A stretch of 64,000 bases of DNA from the NCBI GenBank assembly GCA_030649735.1, contig JAUSFL010000036.1:79283-143282 (forward strand). The letters run 5' to 3'. Below the pieces are notes generated by a model, which was given only the letters and a program-made list of their open reading frames with translations, made no database searches and had not been told where the DNA came from. The stretch is from Candidatus Iainarchaeum sp. GTDB lineage: Archaea; Iainarchaeota; Iainarchaeia; Iainarchaeales; UBA10191. Of the stretch, positions 27,401 to 36,846 are shown one piece after another. Position 1 is the stretch's first letter, and every line of letters starts with the position of its first letter. Position numbers and translations under genes: made by a program.

Positions 27401-29862
27401 CGTTTTTTCTTTTTTTTCTGCAAAGGCCTTCTGGCCTGCACTTTTGAAGGCTTTTTTATCTGAGAGGCAATGTCATTCAATGCAGTGCTTGAAAAGCTTT
27501 TATCCCTTGCACTTGCAGTTTTGGCTGCGACAATTGGCTTTGGCTTTCCCGAATCAGTCAAGGAATCATTCAAGCGCTTTATTTCAGAGCCAATCTGCCT
27601 TAAGGCTTCCTGATAGTCTTCTTCAAGGATTTTTCCGGCGGCATAATCCCTCTTCAGCACGCGGATTGAATGCTCTAGGCCAGAGCTTTTTGAATGCAAG
27701 TAATCCAATTCCACAGTGTTGTGGGATTTTGACTTTGCGGAAGTTTCTATTTTTGAAATGCTTTCAGAAAGCTTTTTTGAATGCTCCAGGAACTCTTGCG
27801 CGCTGATTTTTCCAACAGCGTAATCCTGCGCTAGCCTTTTCTGCTGTTTTGAAAGCTCGCCAAACTCGTGAACTTCAAGCACGCCTTTAGAGCGCTTTCT
27901 TACAATCAAAATAATCAATACAACAGATGCAAGAAGCCCAACGCCTAAAACAAAAATTATCAAAAACAAGTAACGCGTGTTGTCTTGAGTCACTGTGACA
28001 TTCACTCCCAAAGGCTGCTTTCTTGGAATGTTGACTAATTCAGAGTCTGGAATGATTGAATAATGCGCGAAAGCCAATTTTGCGGCGTTAAGGTTGCTTT
28101 CAGCCAAGAACGCGAGCGAAACCCCGCTTTTGAGCATTTCAGCGGCAGTGCCTGCCTGCCCATTCTGCTGGTAGAATTTGGCGCCATTCAAGTAATAGCG
28201 CGCGTGATCCAAGTACAAGTTTGCCCAAACAGGCTTGAAATTCAAGTCCTTCAATTGGGAATCAAGGGCGGCAATCTTGCTGACTAGAATGCTTTCCAAG
28301 GCATTGGCGTCCTTTCCATTAACCGCTGATTCTGCATCAAGCAATGACTGGGCTGAAACAGCGTCAAAATACCCGCCTAAATTCCATTTGAAGGCCTGCT
28401 CTATTTTTGCAGAATTCACTCTTCGGGTAATGTCTTCCTTTTCTGAAGCGCCGTTAATGCTTAAGCCATTCTCTGCCTTGATTATTGCAGCGCTTAATTC
28501 TGGCTTTAAAAAATCATTCAAGGACGCCCATTTTTCAGAATTGCTTCCAAAATCGTAAAAGTTCACTGCAATGTCAAACCATGCCTGGGCGAATTCAAAA
28601 TCCTGCACTTTTTTCACGGCGGTCGTAGAGTCTGTCTGCTGGACTCCATTAATCACAATGATTGTTTCAGGCTGCGCTAGCTGTTCCAGGTTAATGCGTG
28701 CCCAAGTCAAGCGCTGCTGTGCCGCGGCATACCATTCAAAATCATTGGTTGGAATTCCCTTGTCAATTTCTTCCTCTAATGCCTTGACTTTTTCCTGCAG
28801 GTTTTGCACTTTCACTTTCAATACTGTTGAATTGTCCGAAAGAATTGACGGGTTTTCAGCAATGTCTTTTATTGTCAAAGCGTTCACGCGCGCAAGGAAA
28901 GTGTAATTTGCCGAAGAGTACAAGTAATTGGCGTCATTCAGTGTTTGCGCTTCCTTCAATGCGTCTTCAGTGTCCCCAAGCTGTGAAAGCAGGCTGTTGA
29001 TTACTGAAGTGTCATTGATTAAAGTCGTTGACAATGAATTCCTTGCGGAATTGATCAAGTCTTTTGTTTCAGAAAGGAATTTTGAATTCTGCCTCTGCAA
29101 AGGCGCAAGCGAGCTTGCCTGGCCTATTGGCTTTGGCACAAAAACCAATTGGGGCTGCTGCAGTGTTTTGTTGACGTCAATTTTTGAAATGTCAGAAAAA
29201 GCAAGCTTTAACGCAGTGTCCAATTTGTCGACTTCAATGACTTTCATCCCCCACTCTTTCAGCGCATAATCAGGCAATGAAATGTTTTGGACTCCGGAAG
29301 GCAATTTTACAGTCTGCTTTGCCTCTCCTTTCGGAATCATGAAAAGCTTTATCCCAATTTTTGCGGCCTCTTGGCTTTTTTCAAAAACCCCGCCAACAGG
29401 CCCTATTGTGCCGTCTTCGGAAATAGTTCCGGTCATTCCAACCTGCGCCGGGATTGCCTTGTTTTGAAGCGAGGCAACAGTCAATAACGCCATTGCACTG
29501 CCTGCAGAAGGGCCTTCAACAACTGACGCCTGGCTTTTAATTTCAAACAAGTAGTCAAAATTGTCAACTTCTGGAGAATAGTTCTTTGCCAGCCTTACAG
29601 CAACCAATTCTGCATTCTGCGTTGTGGTTCCAACCAATGGAACAACAGAACTCCACACTTTTCCAGACCCGTTAGGCAGGATTTTCAAGGTCAAGTCCGC
29701 AGAAAGGCCTTTGCCTTCAGAAGTGACGGCAAAAATCTTCATTGAAGCCTGCGAAGTCACTGCAAGAACCGCGGTTGCGGAAAAAAGGACAAAAAGCAAA
29801 ACAAGCAATTGCCGAAAATTCATTCTAAAATTAGTGAAAAAAGTGTTTAAATTCCTTTGCAA
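27397..29862 (-). CDS. Extracytoplasmic Lon-like (S16) protease-domain protein with TM anchor and cytoplasmic SHOCT-like repeats; no AAA+ module
   Basis: Signal peptide. Lon proteolytic-domain signature 'VEGPSAGSAMALLTVASL…GMTGTISEDGTIGPVGGVFEK…AAKIGIKLFMIPKG' (Ser-Lys dyad). A long helical region follows, then TM 'LFLIIFVLGVGLLASVVLIILIV'. The C-terminus has two 'DYAxGKIxxEEY/F' SHOCT-like repeats and a poly-Lys end. Confidence 0.6.
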   Translation of the reverse strand: MQRNLNTFFTNFRMNFRQLLVLLFVLFSATAVLAVTSQASMKIFAVTSEGKGLSADLTLKILPNGSGKVWSSVVPLVGTTTQNAELVAVRLAKNYSPEVDNFDYLFEIKSQASVVEGPSAGSAMALLTVASLQNKAIPAQVGMTGTISEDGTIGPVGGVFEKSQEAAKIGIKLFMIPKGEAKQTVKLPSGVQNISLPDYALKEWGMKVIEVDKLDTALKLAFSDISKIDVNKTLQQPQLVFVPKPIGQASSLAPLQRQNSKFLSETKDLINSARNSLSTTLINDTSVINSLLSQLGDTEDALKEAQTLNDANYLYSSANYTFLARVNALTIKDIAENPSILSDNSTVLKVKVQNLQEKVKALEEEIDKGIPTNDFEWYAAAQQRLTWARINLEQLAQPETIIVINGVQQTDSTTAVKKVQDFEFAQAWFDIAVNFYDFGSNSEKWASLNDFLKPELSAAIIKAENGLSINGASEKEDITRRVNSAKIEQAFKWNLGGYFDAVSAQSLLDAESAVNGKDANALESILVSKIAALDSQLKDLNFKPVWANLYLDHARYYLNGAKFYQQNGQAGTAAEMLKSGVSLAFLAESNLNAAKLAFAHYSIIPDSELVNIPRKQPLGVNVTVTQDNTRYLFLIIFVLGVGLLASVVLIILIVRKRSKGVLEVHEFGELSKQQKRLAQDYAVGKISAQEFLEHSKKLSESISKIETSAKSKSHNTVELDYLHSKSSGLEHSIRVLKRDYAAGKILEEDYQEALRQIGSEIKRLNDSLTDSGKPKPIVAAKTASARDKSFSSTALNDIASQIKKPSKVQARRPLQKKKKKR

Positions 29863-29879
29863 TTTGAAAGGCCGTGCTT

Positions 29880-30164
29880 TTATTTCATGTCTTTTTTCAG
29901 TTGCGTTTCAAACGCAACGCGCTTTCTCTGGACTGAAAAAATCAGAACTATGCCAAACGCTATTAAAGCGGTTATCAATGCCGGAAGAGAGTAAGAGTTT
30001 TGCATTGAAGGGACAATTTGGACTAGCATGAAGTAATTCATGAGCATTAAAAGCGAAAGCAAAATCGCGGTGAAAAAAACAAGGTAAGTCAATTGGTTTG
30101 TCCACTCAAGAAAAGCGTACAAGTCCATCAAAAACTTCTTGTTCTCTGTTTTTTTCAAAGCCAT
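29880..30164 (-). CDS. Small membrane protein (three TM helices)
   Basis: Track ORF 29880..30344 trimmed to the internal Met 'MALKKTENKK' to avoid overlapping the divergent gene. Confidence 0.35.
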   Translation of the reverse strand: MALKKTENKKFLMDLYAFLEWTNQLTYLVFFTAILLSLLMLMNYFMLVQIVPSMQNSYSLPALITALIAFGIVLIFSVQRKRVAFETQLKKDMK

Positions 30165-30263
30165 GATATAAAAATGAATTAAGAGTTTAAAAATTTTGTC
30201 ATTGCAAAAAACAAGGCTTTTTATTGAAGAAAGCGCTAATTTTTTCAGCAAAGAGTTGAGCAA

Positions 30264-30644
30264 ATGCCTTTCAAGAAACCAAGGGAAAGAATTCTTCCAA
30301 ACAATATCCATTATTGGCGTGGAAGAAAATGGCGTGAAATCCAAATGATAGAGGCAATGCCTGGCGATGGATTAAGGCGCTCTAAAGGAATAAACCGCAT
30401 TGTGCAAATATTCAACAAAAGGCTCATTAAAGGCCAGCTTTCCCAAAAGCAAGCTTACAATGCTGCCAGGGCAATTGAAATACTGGCTTCTGAAATCACT
30501 GACGAGGCAATCCAAAGAATGGACCAAAATAGCATGAAGCACGGAAGCTGGAACGAGGAATACATAAACTGCCTGAAGCATTACTGGCAAATAATGCCAA
30601 GAAAGCTTAAGGCAGAGCTAATAAGGCAAAGCAGAAAAGAATAA
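30264..30644 (+). CDS. Hypothetical protein
   Basis: 126-aa basic ORF. No family recognised. Confidence 0.35.
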   Translation: MPFKKPRERILPNNIHYWRGRKWREIQMIEAMPGDGLRRSKGINRIVQIFNKRLIKGQLSQKQAYNAARAIEILASEITDEAIQRMDQNSMKHGSWNEEYINCLKHYWQIMPRKLKAELIRQSRKE

Positions 30645-30716
30645 GCCTGAATTTGGCATGGCTTGCCTTAAGCTCAAGCTAGGAAATGAAAAAGAAAAAA
30701 AGGTCAAAGGCTGGCT

Positions 30717-31016
30717 TTAACCAAATAAGCTTCCGAGTCCTTCGGCCGCTGCTTCTGCTGCTTTTGCTGAGTCTTCTTCTTTCTTTTCAGCCTTTGCCGC
30801 TGTAGGAGCTGCTGTTGGGGCTGCGACTGCAACTTGGGCAACTGCTGCCTGTTTTATTGCTTCTTCAATGTTTATTCCTTTCAATGAAGCAACCAAAGCC
30901 TTGACTTTTGAAGAGTCGGCATTAACTCCAGCGGCCTTTAAGACTGCTGAAACCTTTTCTTCGCTAATGTCTTGCTTTGCAGCGTGAAGCAACATTGCAC
31001 TATAGACGTATTCCAT
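30717..31016 (-). CDS. rpl12: Ribosomal stalk protein P1 (L12e)
   Basis: 'MEYVYSAMLLHAAKQDISEEKV…' followed by the Ala-rich hinge and the acidic 'EEDSAKAAEAAAEGLGSLFG' C-terminus. Confidence 0.8.
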   Translation of the reverse strand: MEYVYSAMLLHAAKQDISEEKVSAVLKAAGVNADSSKVKALVASLKGINIEEAIKQAAVAQVAVAAPTAAPTAAKAEKKEEDSAKAAEAAAEGLGSLFG

Positions 31017-31046
31017 TATTTCACCTCATTAATTGTAAAATTTTAG

Positions 31047-31910
31047 TTAAGCGTTTTCCTCTTTAACCAAGGCCTTCAATGCCATTGCCTGCCTTTCAGC
31101 CTTTGCCAAAATGTCTGCTGCGGTTTCAGGCTCAATGAATTCTGCCTCTATTGAAACAGCCTTTGCTTCCCTAAAGGCCTTCTGTATCATTATTGGAGTT
31201 GATTCGTTATTGAAAATTCCGGCAAACACCGCCACATTCAATGCATTATTGAATGCCTGGGCAATATTCTCCAAAGTTTGCTCTTCATCAATGTCCAAAA
31301 CACTTGCCATGAAAATTTCATTGTTTTCAAAAACCGCAACCAAGTTCAAGCCGACCTTGATTGGCCTGATGTCAAGCTTTTGCAAAACTGAAGCAACTGC
31401 AGGAGTGACTGCAACGCCTTGTTTAGTGACTACCTTGTCTTCAACGACTGAAATTGTGGAACCCATTATTCTAACATTCAATCCAGCCGCCTTCAATTCT
31501 GAAAGCGCTGGCCCTGGAGGCAATCCAGTGTCCATTGCGGGAACCATCAAGTCAAAAGGCGCAAGCATTCCTGCCTTTGCAGCCATGCTTCCCTTGCTTT
31601 TTTTCAAGTATCCAAAAAGCTCGAAAGGATTCATGCTTGTTCCAATTATTGCAATGCTTCCTTCAGCCAATTCCTTAAGCTTTGAGTCCTTCAATTTTGA
31701 GGCTTCCAATGCCTTTTGTATAACGCGGACTTTGGAAACGTGAACTTCTGCCTTTCCATGAAGCTTTTTCCTGATTTGCGCGAAAAGCTTTGCTGGAAAT
31801 CCTTCCAATGAAGCAATTGCGATTACAGGATAAGATTCAACGAGCTTTTTGACTTTTTCAAGCTCTGAATGCTTCCAGGCTTTAGTATGAGATTTCACTT
31901 TCTCACCCAT
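31047..31910 (-). CDS. rpl10: Ribosomal protein P0 (L10)
   Basis: P0 N-domain homology and its position between L1 and P1. Confidence 0.8.
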   Translation of the reverse strand: MGEKVKSHTKAWKHSELEKVKKLVESYPVIAIASLEGFPAKLFAQIRKKLHGKAEVHVSKVRVIQKALEASKLKDSKLKELAEGSIAIIGTSMNPFELFGYLKKSKGSMAAKAGMLAPFDLMVPAMDTGLPPGPALSELKAAGLNVRIMGSTISVVEDKVVTKQGVAVTPAVASVLQKLDIRPIKVGLNLVAVFENNEIFMASVLDIDEEQTLENIAQAFNNALNVAVFAGIFNNESTPIMIQKAFREAKAVSIEAEFIEPETAADILAKAERQAMALKALVKEENA

Positions 31911-32563
31911 TCGACCTTTACTGCAGGAGTCATTGTCATTTTCAAAAACATTGATTTGACGTTCAAGTCCCCGTCAGGCAATTTTGCAACCAAAGTCTGA
32001 TAGACCGCCAATGCATTTTCTGCCAATTCTTCATCCTTTGAGTCTTCCTTTCCCAATAAAACGTGAACTACTGGCAAGTATCTGCCTTTCTTGTTTGTGA
32101 CTTTAACTCCGGACTTGATTGTCCTTAAGGCGCTTTCAAGGGCTGAAAGTTCTGGCTGGATTGGCCTTGGCATTTTTCCCTTAGGCGCCAAAGCCTGGCC
32201 CAAGTATTTTCCGACAGTCAGCATTACAGGGCCTTCAGCAACAAAGCCGTCAAATTCTTCAGCGAGCTTTCCCGCCTCTTTCTTGTCCATTTGAGTGATT
32301 TCATTCTCTGTAATGACGCGCGCGACTTTGTCCTTGATGATTGCAATGAAGTTTGCGTCTTTTGCAAAAACGCAGATTTTGCCGCTGGCTTTTCCGCTGC
32401 TGTAAGGCAGGCTTACTGTAACGTCAATTCTATTTTCTGACTTTTTGAAGTCAATTCCCCTAAAATTGACAGCGAGCTCTACAGACTGCTTGAATTTTCT
32501 TTGCTTGTTCGAGTCCCGAACTTTCTGCAATGCGACTAAAAAATCTTTTTTTTCCACTTTCAA
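31895..32563 (-). CDS. rpl1: Ribosomal protein L1
   Basis: L1 family homology across the 222-aa ORF and its position upstream of P0. Confidence 0.8.
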   Translation of the reverse strand: MKVEKKDFLVALQKVRDSNKQRKFKQSVELAVNFRGIDFKKSENRIDVTVSLPYSSGKASGKICVFAKDANFIAIIKDKVARVITENEITQMDKKEAGKLAEEFDGFVAEGPVMLTVGKYLGQALAPKGKMPRPIQPELSALESALRTIKSGVKVTNKKGRYLPVVHVLLGKEDSKDEELAENALAVYQTLVAKLPDGDLNVKSMFLKMTMTPAVKVEWVRK

Positions 32564-32762
32564 AAACCTCCTAATTGGATTCCGTGGCGGAAGCCATTAG
32601 TGAGCGGCTGCAAAAAAATTGCAATTAATACTATACTCTTCCGAAGTAATGTTTTTAAAGCAGAGCTTTAAAAATTTTCAAACCCGAGGTTTGAAATGTT
32701 TTTAAAAGAAAGCCTTAACGGGCCAATTGCCAGAATGGCAAAAATGGGGAGCATTGCCCCAA

Positions 32763-33203
32763 TTATTGCTTGTCAATGACTTTTAAAGTTCCCCACTGGC
32801 CAAGCTCCCTATGCATTGGCTTGCTGCAGTAATAGACAAACTCCCCGGTTTTGTCAGCCAAAAACTCGACAGTCACTTCCTTATTGAGCGGAGTTTCTGC
32901 AAAGGCGTTGAATTCGTCAATCTTGAAATCATGCATTCCGCTGGTCATTGTTATTTTGATTCTCACCAAATCGCCCTTATTCACTGTAATTTCTTTCAAT
33001 GAAAACTTTGGGTAATATTTGCCGTCAATTACGTCAGTATAAGACTGCATTACAAACTCTTTGACCGGGCTGGCTGTCTTTTCATTGGCTTGAGAAACCG
33101 CAAGATTTCCAGTCGCATTCACATTAGAAAACAAGCTGAAATATATTCCGATTATTGCTATTACTGCAATAATGGCCGCTCCGGCAATCATTTTTTTATC
33201 CAT
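32763..33203 (-). CDS. Membrane-anchored cupredoxin-like (type-1 blue copper) protein, possibly Gln axial ligand
   Basis: N-terminal TM, then 'GMHDF…YYCSKPMHRELGQWGTLKV'. This is a His…Cys-x3-His pattern with Gln in place of the usual Met ligand. Confidence 0.45.
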   Translation of the reverse strand: MDKKMIAGAAIIAVIAIIGIYFSLFSNVNATGNLAVSQANEKTASPVKEFVMQSYTDVIDGKYYPKFSLKEITVNKGDLVRIKITMTSGMHDFKIDEFNAFAETPLNKEVTVEFLADKTGEFVYYCSKPMHRELGQWGTLKVIDKQ

Positions 33204-33303
33204 TCAATCACTCCTGATGGTTGTTTTTTTAAAGTGTTAATACTATTATTTTTGAAGCAATTAATAAATAATAAAGTAAACGAAAGTAAAGTATTGTGAT
33301 TTT

Positions 33304-33612
33304 ATGGAAAAAGCCTGCCCTGTTGCCGGAATAATAAATATTCTTGGAAAAAAATGGGCGTTATGGATTTTAAAAAAATTAAGCGAGAATGGCAAAATGA
33401 GATTCAATGACCTGCTAAATGAAATCGACCGCATAAATTCAAGCGTATTGTCCAAAAGGCTTAAGGAACTTGAAAAAGCAGGGCTTTTAAAAAGAAAAAA
33501 ATTCAATGAAATCCCCCCAAGAATAGAATACTCGCTTACAAAAGCAGGAAAGGAATTGATTAAATGCTTCAAATTCTTGGGCGATTGGGCGAAAAAACAC
33601 GGAAATAACTAA
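33304..33612 (+). CDS. HxlR-family winged-helix transcriptional regulator
   Basis: 'CPVAGIINILGKKWALWIL…RFNDL…SVLSKRLKELEKAGLLKRK…PPRIEYSLTKAGKEL'. Confidence 0.75.
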   Translation: MEKACPVAGIINILGKKWALWILKKLSENGKMRFNDLLNEIDRINSSVLSKRLKELEKAGLLKRKKFNEIPPRIEYSLTKAGKELIKCFKFLGDWAKKHGNN

Positions 33613-33624
33613 TTAAAAGAGATC

Positions 33625-34191
33625 TTACTTCCAGAATTTTTTGGCTTTCAAGTAATCTGCTTTTAGCATTGCGTAAATGAACTCGTCATGCATTTTTCCA
33701 GTCGCCTTGCAGCCAATTGCCTGCCTTTGCAGGCCTTCATTCACAAAGCCAAGCTTTTCCAAAAGCTTTGCTGAAGGCGGGTTTTCGACAAAAGCCCCTG
33801 CCGCAATCCTGTTCATTTTCAACTCTTCAAAATAGAACTTTAAGACTGCCTTCAAGGCTTCGCTCATAATGCCTTGCCGCCAGTAATTTTCCCCAAGCCA
33901 ATAGCCAAAACTGCAGGCTTTCAAGTCATAATCAATATGCGATAAGCCAATTGCTCCAATGGCTTTTTTTTCAGGCTTTAATTCAATGACAAATTCTATT
34001 CCTTTAGGCCGGGTTTCTTTCGCAAGCTCTGAACAATGATTGAACCAACCTTCAGCATCCTTTAAAGTGTAAGGAAAAGCCACTACAGCCAAATTTTGAG
34101 AAACTTTCAAGTTGTTGATGTTTTCAAGCAGTGAAGGAATGTCTTTCCTTTCCTGCTGGCGCAAAACCAAACGTTCAGTTTCAAGACGCAT
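33625..34191 (-). CDS. GNAT-family acetyltransferase (RimJ/RimL-like)
   Basis: 'FGYWLGENYWRQGIMSEALKAVLKFYFEELKMNRIAAGAFVENPPSAKLLEKLGF'. Confidence 0.7.
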   Translation of the reverse strand: MRLETERLVLRQQERKDIPSLLENINNLKVSQNLAVVAFPYTLKDAEGWFNHCSELAKETRPKGIEFVIELKPEKKAIGAIGLSHIDYDLKACSFGYWLGENYWRQGIMSEALKAVLKFYFEELKMNRIAAGAFVENPPSAKLLEKLGFVNEGLQRQAIGCKATGKMHDEFIYAMLKADYLKAKKFWK

Positions 34192-34260
34192 GCAAAATTA
34201 GTGGAAAATAGGGTTTAAAAATTAAAAATATGGTTTTTTAAAGAAAAAAGTTGAAAAGAT

Positions 34261-34740
34261 TCAGTCTTTTCCAATTGCTGAATCCCACTTGCCGGCTTTG
34301 ATTTCTTTTGTGATTTCGCGGGCGTCTTTGCCTTCAATTGTTATTCCCATTTGCTTTGCGGTTCCCGCAATTTCGTTCATTGCGCTCTTGATTTTGCTTG
34401 AGGAAAGCCCGATCATTTTCATTTCAGCGACTTTCTTTAACTGCTGGATTGTCAAGTTTCCGACTTTTTCAGCCTTTGGAGTTGCTGCGCCCTTGGCAAT
34501 TCCTAATTCTTTAATTATCAACGCGGAGGCCGAAGGGCTTCCGACCTTGATTTCAAAGCTCTTGTTTTTTGCGTCAATTGAAATTGTCACCGGAATTTTC
34601 ATTCCTTCAAAAGCCTTTGTTTTCTCGTTGATTTCAGCAACCACTGCGCCAATGTTAACTCCAGTAGGCCCTAAAGCCGGGCCTAAAGGCGCTCCAGCGC
34701 TTGCTTTTCCAGCATCAACAATTGCCTTAACATCTGCCAT
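34261..34740 (-). CDS. rpl11: Ribosomal protein L11
   Basis: 'APLGPALGPTGVNIGAVVAEIN…' L11 signature. Confidence 0.85.
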   Translation of the reverse strand: MADVKAIVDAGKASAGAPLGPALGPTGVNIGAVVAEINEKTKAFEGMKIPVTISIDAKNKSFEIKVGSPSASALIIKELGIAKGAATPKAEKVGNLTIQQLKKVAEMKMIGLSSSKIKSAMNEIAGTAKQMGITIEGKDAREITKEIKAGKWDSAIGKD

Positions 34741-34776
34741 TCCAAATCACACCCATTCTAAAAAATCCTAAACTTT

Positions 34777-35280
34777 TCATTCTTTGATTATCCTAATGTG
34801 CTCTGCGCTGATAGTGACTGGAATTTTCACGCTTGCTTCAAGCAATTCAACAGTCACTTCTTCCTTTGGGTCATTGACGCGCAGCACGCGGGCTTTTTCT
34901 CCCTTGAAAGGTCCGGCAATCAATTCGACCTTTTGGCCGACCTTGATGCTTTTCATCAATGGCTTGCTTTCAAGCAAGGAATCAAGTTCCGCAATTTTCA
35001 CTACGCGGACTTCGCCGCCGACAACGTCTTCTTCCTCGCCTTGGGATGCTCTTTTTTTCAAAAAACTGGTTCCGACAATTCCTTTTCCCTTAATGTTTGG
35101 AACATTGGCAATTGCCCTTCGAACTGTCATTTCATTGTCTGCTTCAACCAGAATATATCCTTTCAGTCCTGGAAGCACTGCAAAAGAGTAAATGTTCAAG
35201 TCTTCATGCCTTACCTTTTCTGTAAGAATGTCAACAACCATGCTTTCCTGATTTACTGTTGTCCTAATCGTGAAAATCAA
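34777..35280 (-). CDS. spt5: Transcription elongation factor Spt5 (NusG)
   Basis: NGN domain plus KOW 'KVGQKVELIAGPFKGEKARVLRV', in the conserved position upstream of L11. Confidence 0.8.
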   Translation of the reverse strand: MIFTIRTTVNQESMVVDILTEKVRHEDLNIYSFAVLPGLKGYILVEADNEMTVRRAIANVPNIKGKGIVGTSFLKKRASQGEEEDVVGGEVRVVKIAELDSLLESKPLMKSIKVGQKVELIAGPFKGEKARVLRVNDPKEEVTVELLEASVKIPVTISAEHIRIIKE

Positions 35281-35300
35281 ACCAAACTACCCCTTTTTTT

Positions 35301-35489
35301 TCATTGAATTGGAAAAATCAAAAAATTGAAAACCAGCGAAATAATGTATCCAATCACTCCAATAATGATTATTCCAATGCCCGTGGCTTTCAGCATTGCA
35401 AAAAACTCTTCCTTTGTCGGCTTTTTGCTGATTGTCAAAATCCTTTTCGAGTCTTCAATAAACCCTTTAATTTTGCCTTTAATGTCCAT
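35301..35489 (-). CDS. secE: Protein translocase subunit SecE (Sec61-gamma)
   Basis: 62 aa with a single C-terminal TM, in the conserved position between ftsZ and spt5. Confidence 0.6.
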   Translation of the reverse strand: MDIKGKIKGFIEDSKRILTISKKPTKEEFFAMLKATGIGIIIIGVIGYIISLVFNFLIFPIQ

Positions 35490-35584
35490 AATTAAAATCC
35501 GCCAAAAAAAGCGTTAAAACTCTTGATTAAAAGAATAATAACAATAAAAGTTTTAAAAAGAAAGCCTTTTAAAACCCAGTTTTT

Positions 35585-36718
35585 TCACGTGAATTCAATG
35601 CCCAAGTCGACTTCAGTCTTTCCAGTCTTGGCTTTTCCCAGGTCCAATGCGTCCAAGTAAGGGAATTTTCCCCCCGCAATGACAACCATTGCCTGGATTT
35701 GAGACCTTGGAATGCCTTCGTCAATCATTGCGCCCCAAATAATGTGCGCGTTAGGGTTGATTTTTGTCGCAACTGCCTCAACAATCATTTCAGCCTCTCT
35801 CAAGGTCATGTCGCTTCCGCCAATAACATTCACTAAAGCCTTTGCCGCATCGCTGATGTCAACATCCAAAAGCGGCGATGTTAACGCGTTTTCCACTGCT
35901 TCTAAAGCGCGCGCGTCAGAAGCCTTTTCTGTAACGCTTTCTCCAAGGCCAATCATTGCGGCACCGCCTTTTGAAAGAATAGTCCGCAAGTCTGCAAAAT
36001 CCAAGTTAATCAAGCCGGGCTTTGTAATCATTTCAGTGATTCCCTTCACTGCATTAGTCAATACTTCATCAGCCACTTTGAAGGCGGCATTCACTGGCAG
36101 GTCCGGGGCAATTTCCAAAATCTTGTCGTTTGGTATTACAATTAAAGTGTCAACTTCTTTCCTTAGCTTGTCAAGGCCTTCCATTGCGTTTTCCATTCTC
36201 TTCCTGCCTTCAACAGTGAATGGAATCGTGACAACTCCAATGGTCAATGCCTTGATTTCTTTCGCAATGTTTGCAATGACTGGCGCGGCTCCAGTTCCGG
36301 TTCCGCCGCCCATTCCGCAAGTAATGAAAATCAAGTCTGATTTTGAAAGCAGGTCTTTCAATTCTTCACGGCTTTCCTTTGCAGCGCCCTCACCCACCGA
36401 AGGATCGCTTCCAGCACCAAGCCCGCGCGTCAATTGCTTTCCAATGAGGATTTTCCTGTCAGCGCTGACTCCAAGCAATGCCTGGGCGTCAGTGTTTACT
36501 GCGTAAGTTTCAGCTCCGTGAATTCCAATCTCCGCCATTCGTTGAATAGTGTTGCTTCCGCCCCCGCCAACCCCGATAACGCGAATTTTTGCCTTTGAAG
36601 CCTCAAAAAGCTTCACCAGCTCTTCATCGTCTTCCTGGATTGAACGCTTGAAGCCTGAAGACTTTTTCGCGCTTTCTTCCTTTGCTCTCTTGATTGCATT
36701 GCTGACTACTGTTTTCAC
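35585..36718 (-). CDS. ftsZ: Cell division GTPase FtsZ
   Basis: 'IGVGGGGSNTI' and the tubulin signature 'GMGGGTGTGAAPVIA'. Confidence 0.9.
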   Translation of the reverse strand: MKTVVSNAIKRAKEESAKKSSGFKRSIQEDDEELVKLFEASKAKIRVIGVGGGGSNTIQRMAEIGIHGAETYAVNTDAQALLGVSADRKILIGKQLTRGLGAGSDPSVGEGAAKESREELKDLLSKSDLIFITCGMGGGTGTGAAPVIANIAKEIKALTIGVVTIPFTVEGRKRMENAMEGLDKLRKEVDTLIVIPNDKILEIAPDLPVNAAFKVADEVLTNAVKGITEMITKPGLINLDFADLRTILSKGGAAMIGLGESVTEKASDARALEAVENALTSPLLDVDISDAAKALVNVIGGSDMTLREAEMIVEAVATKINPNAHIIWGAMIDEGIPRSQIQAMVVIAGGKFPYLDALDLGKAKTGKTEVDLGIEFT

Positions 36719-36846
36719 GATTTATCACTTTTCCCCAAATTCAATAAAAAAATATAATAACCCAAAAGGGCTCTTATAGTCTGAAGCTCTAAGTGTTTAA
36801 AAAAATATAGGCGTTTTGCAAAATTTGTTTAAAAGGCGGTTTTGAA

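Noticed and set aside
29880-30344. Full-length 154-aa minus-strand ORF overlapping the divergent gene at 30264..30644
   Set aside because: An 81-nt overlap of divergent genes is unlikely. The ORF was trimmed to the internal Met at 30164, which leaves a normal ~100-bp divergent promoter region.
32605-32616. A fifth att-like copy (CGGCTGCAAAAA) in the L1 upstream region, identical over 12 nt to the sequence after repeat copy 3
   Set aside because: The match is only 12 nt, lacks the CGGCGG core and flanking similarity, and is not at a cassette boundary. It is most likely chance.
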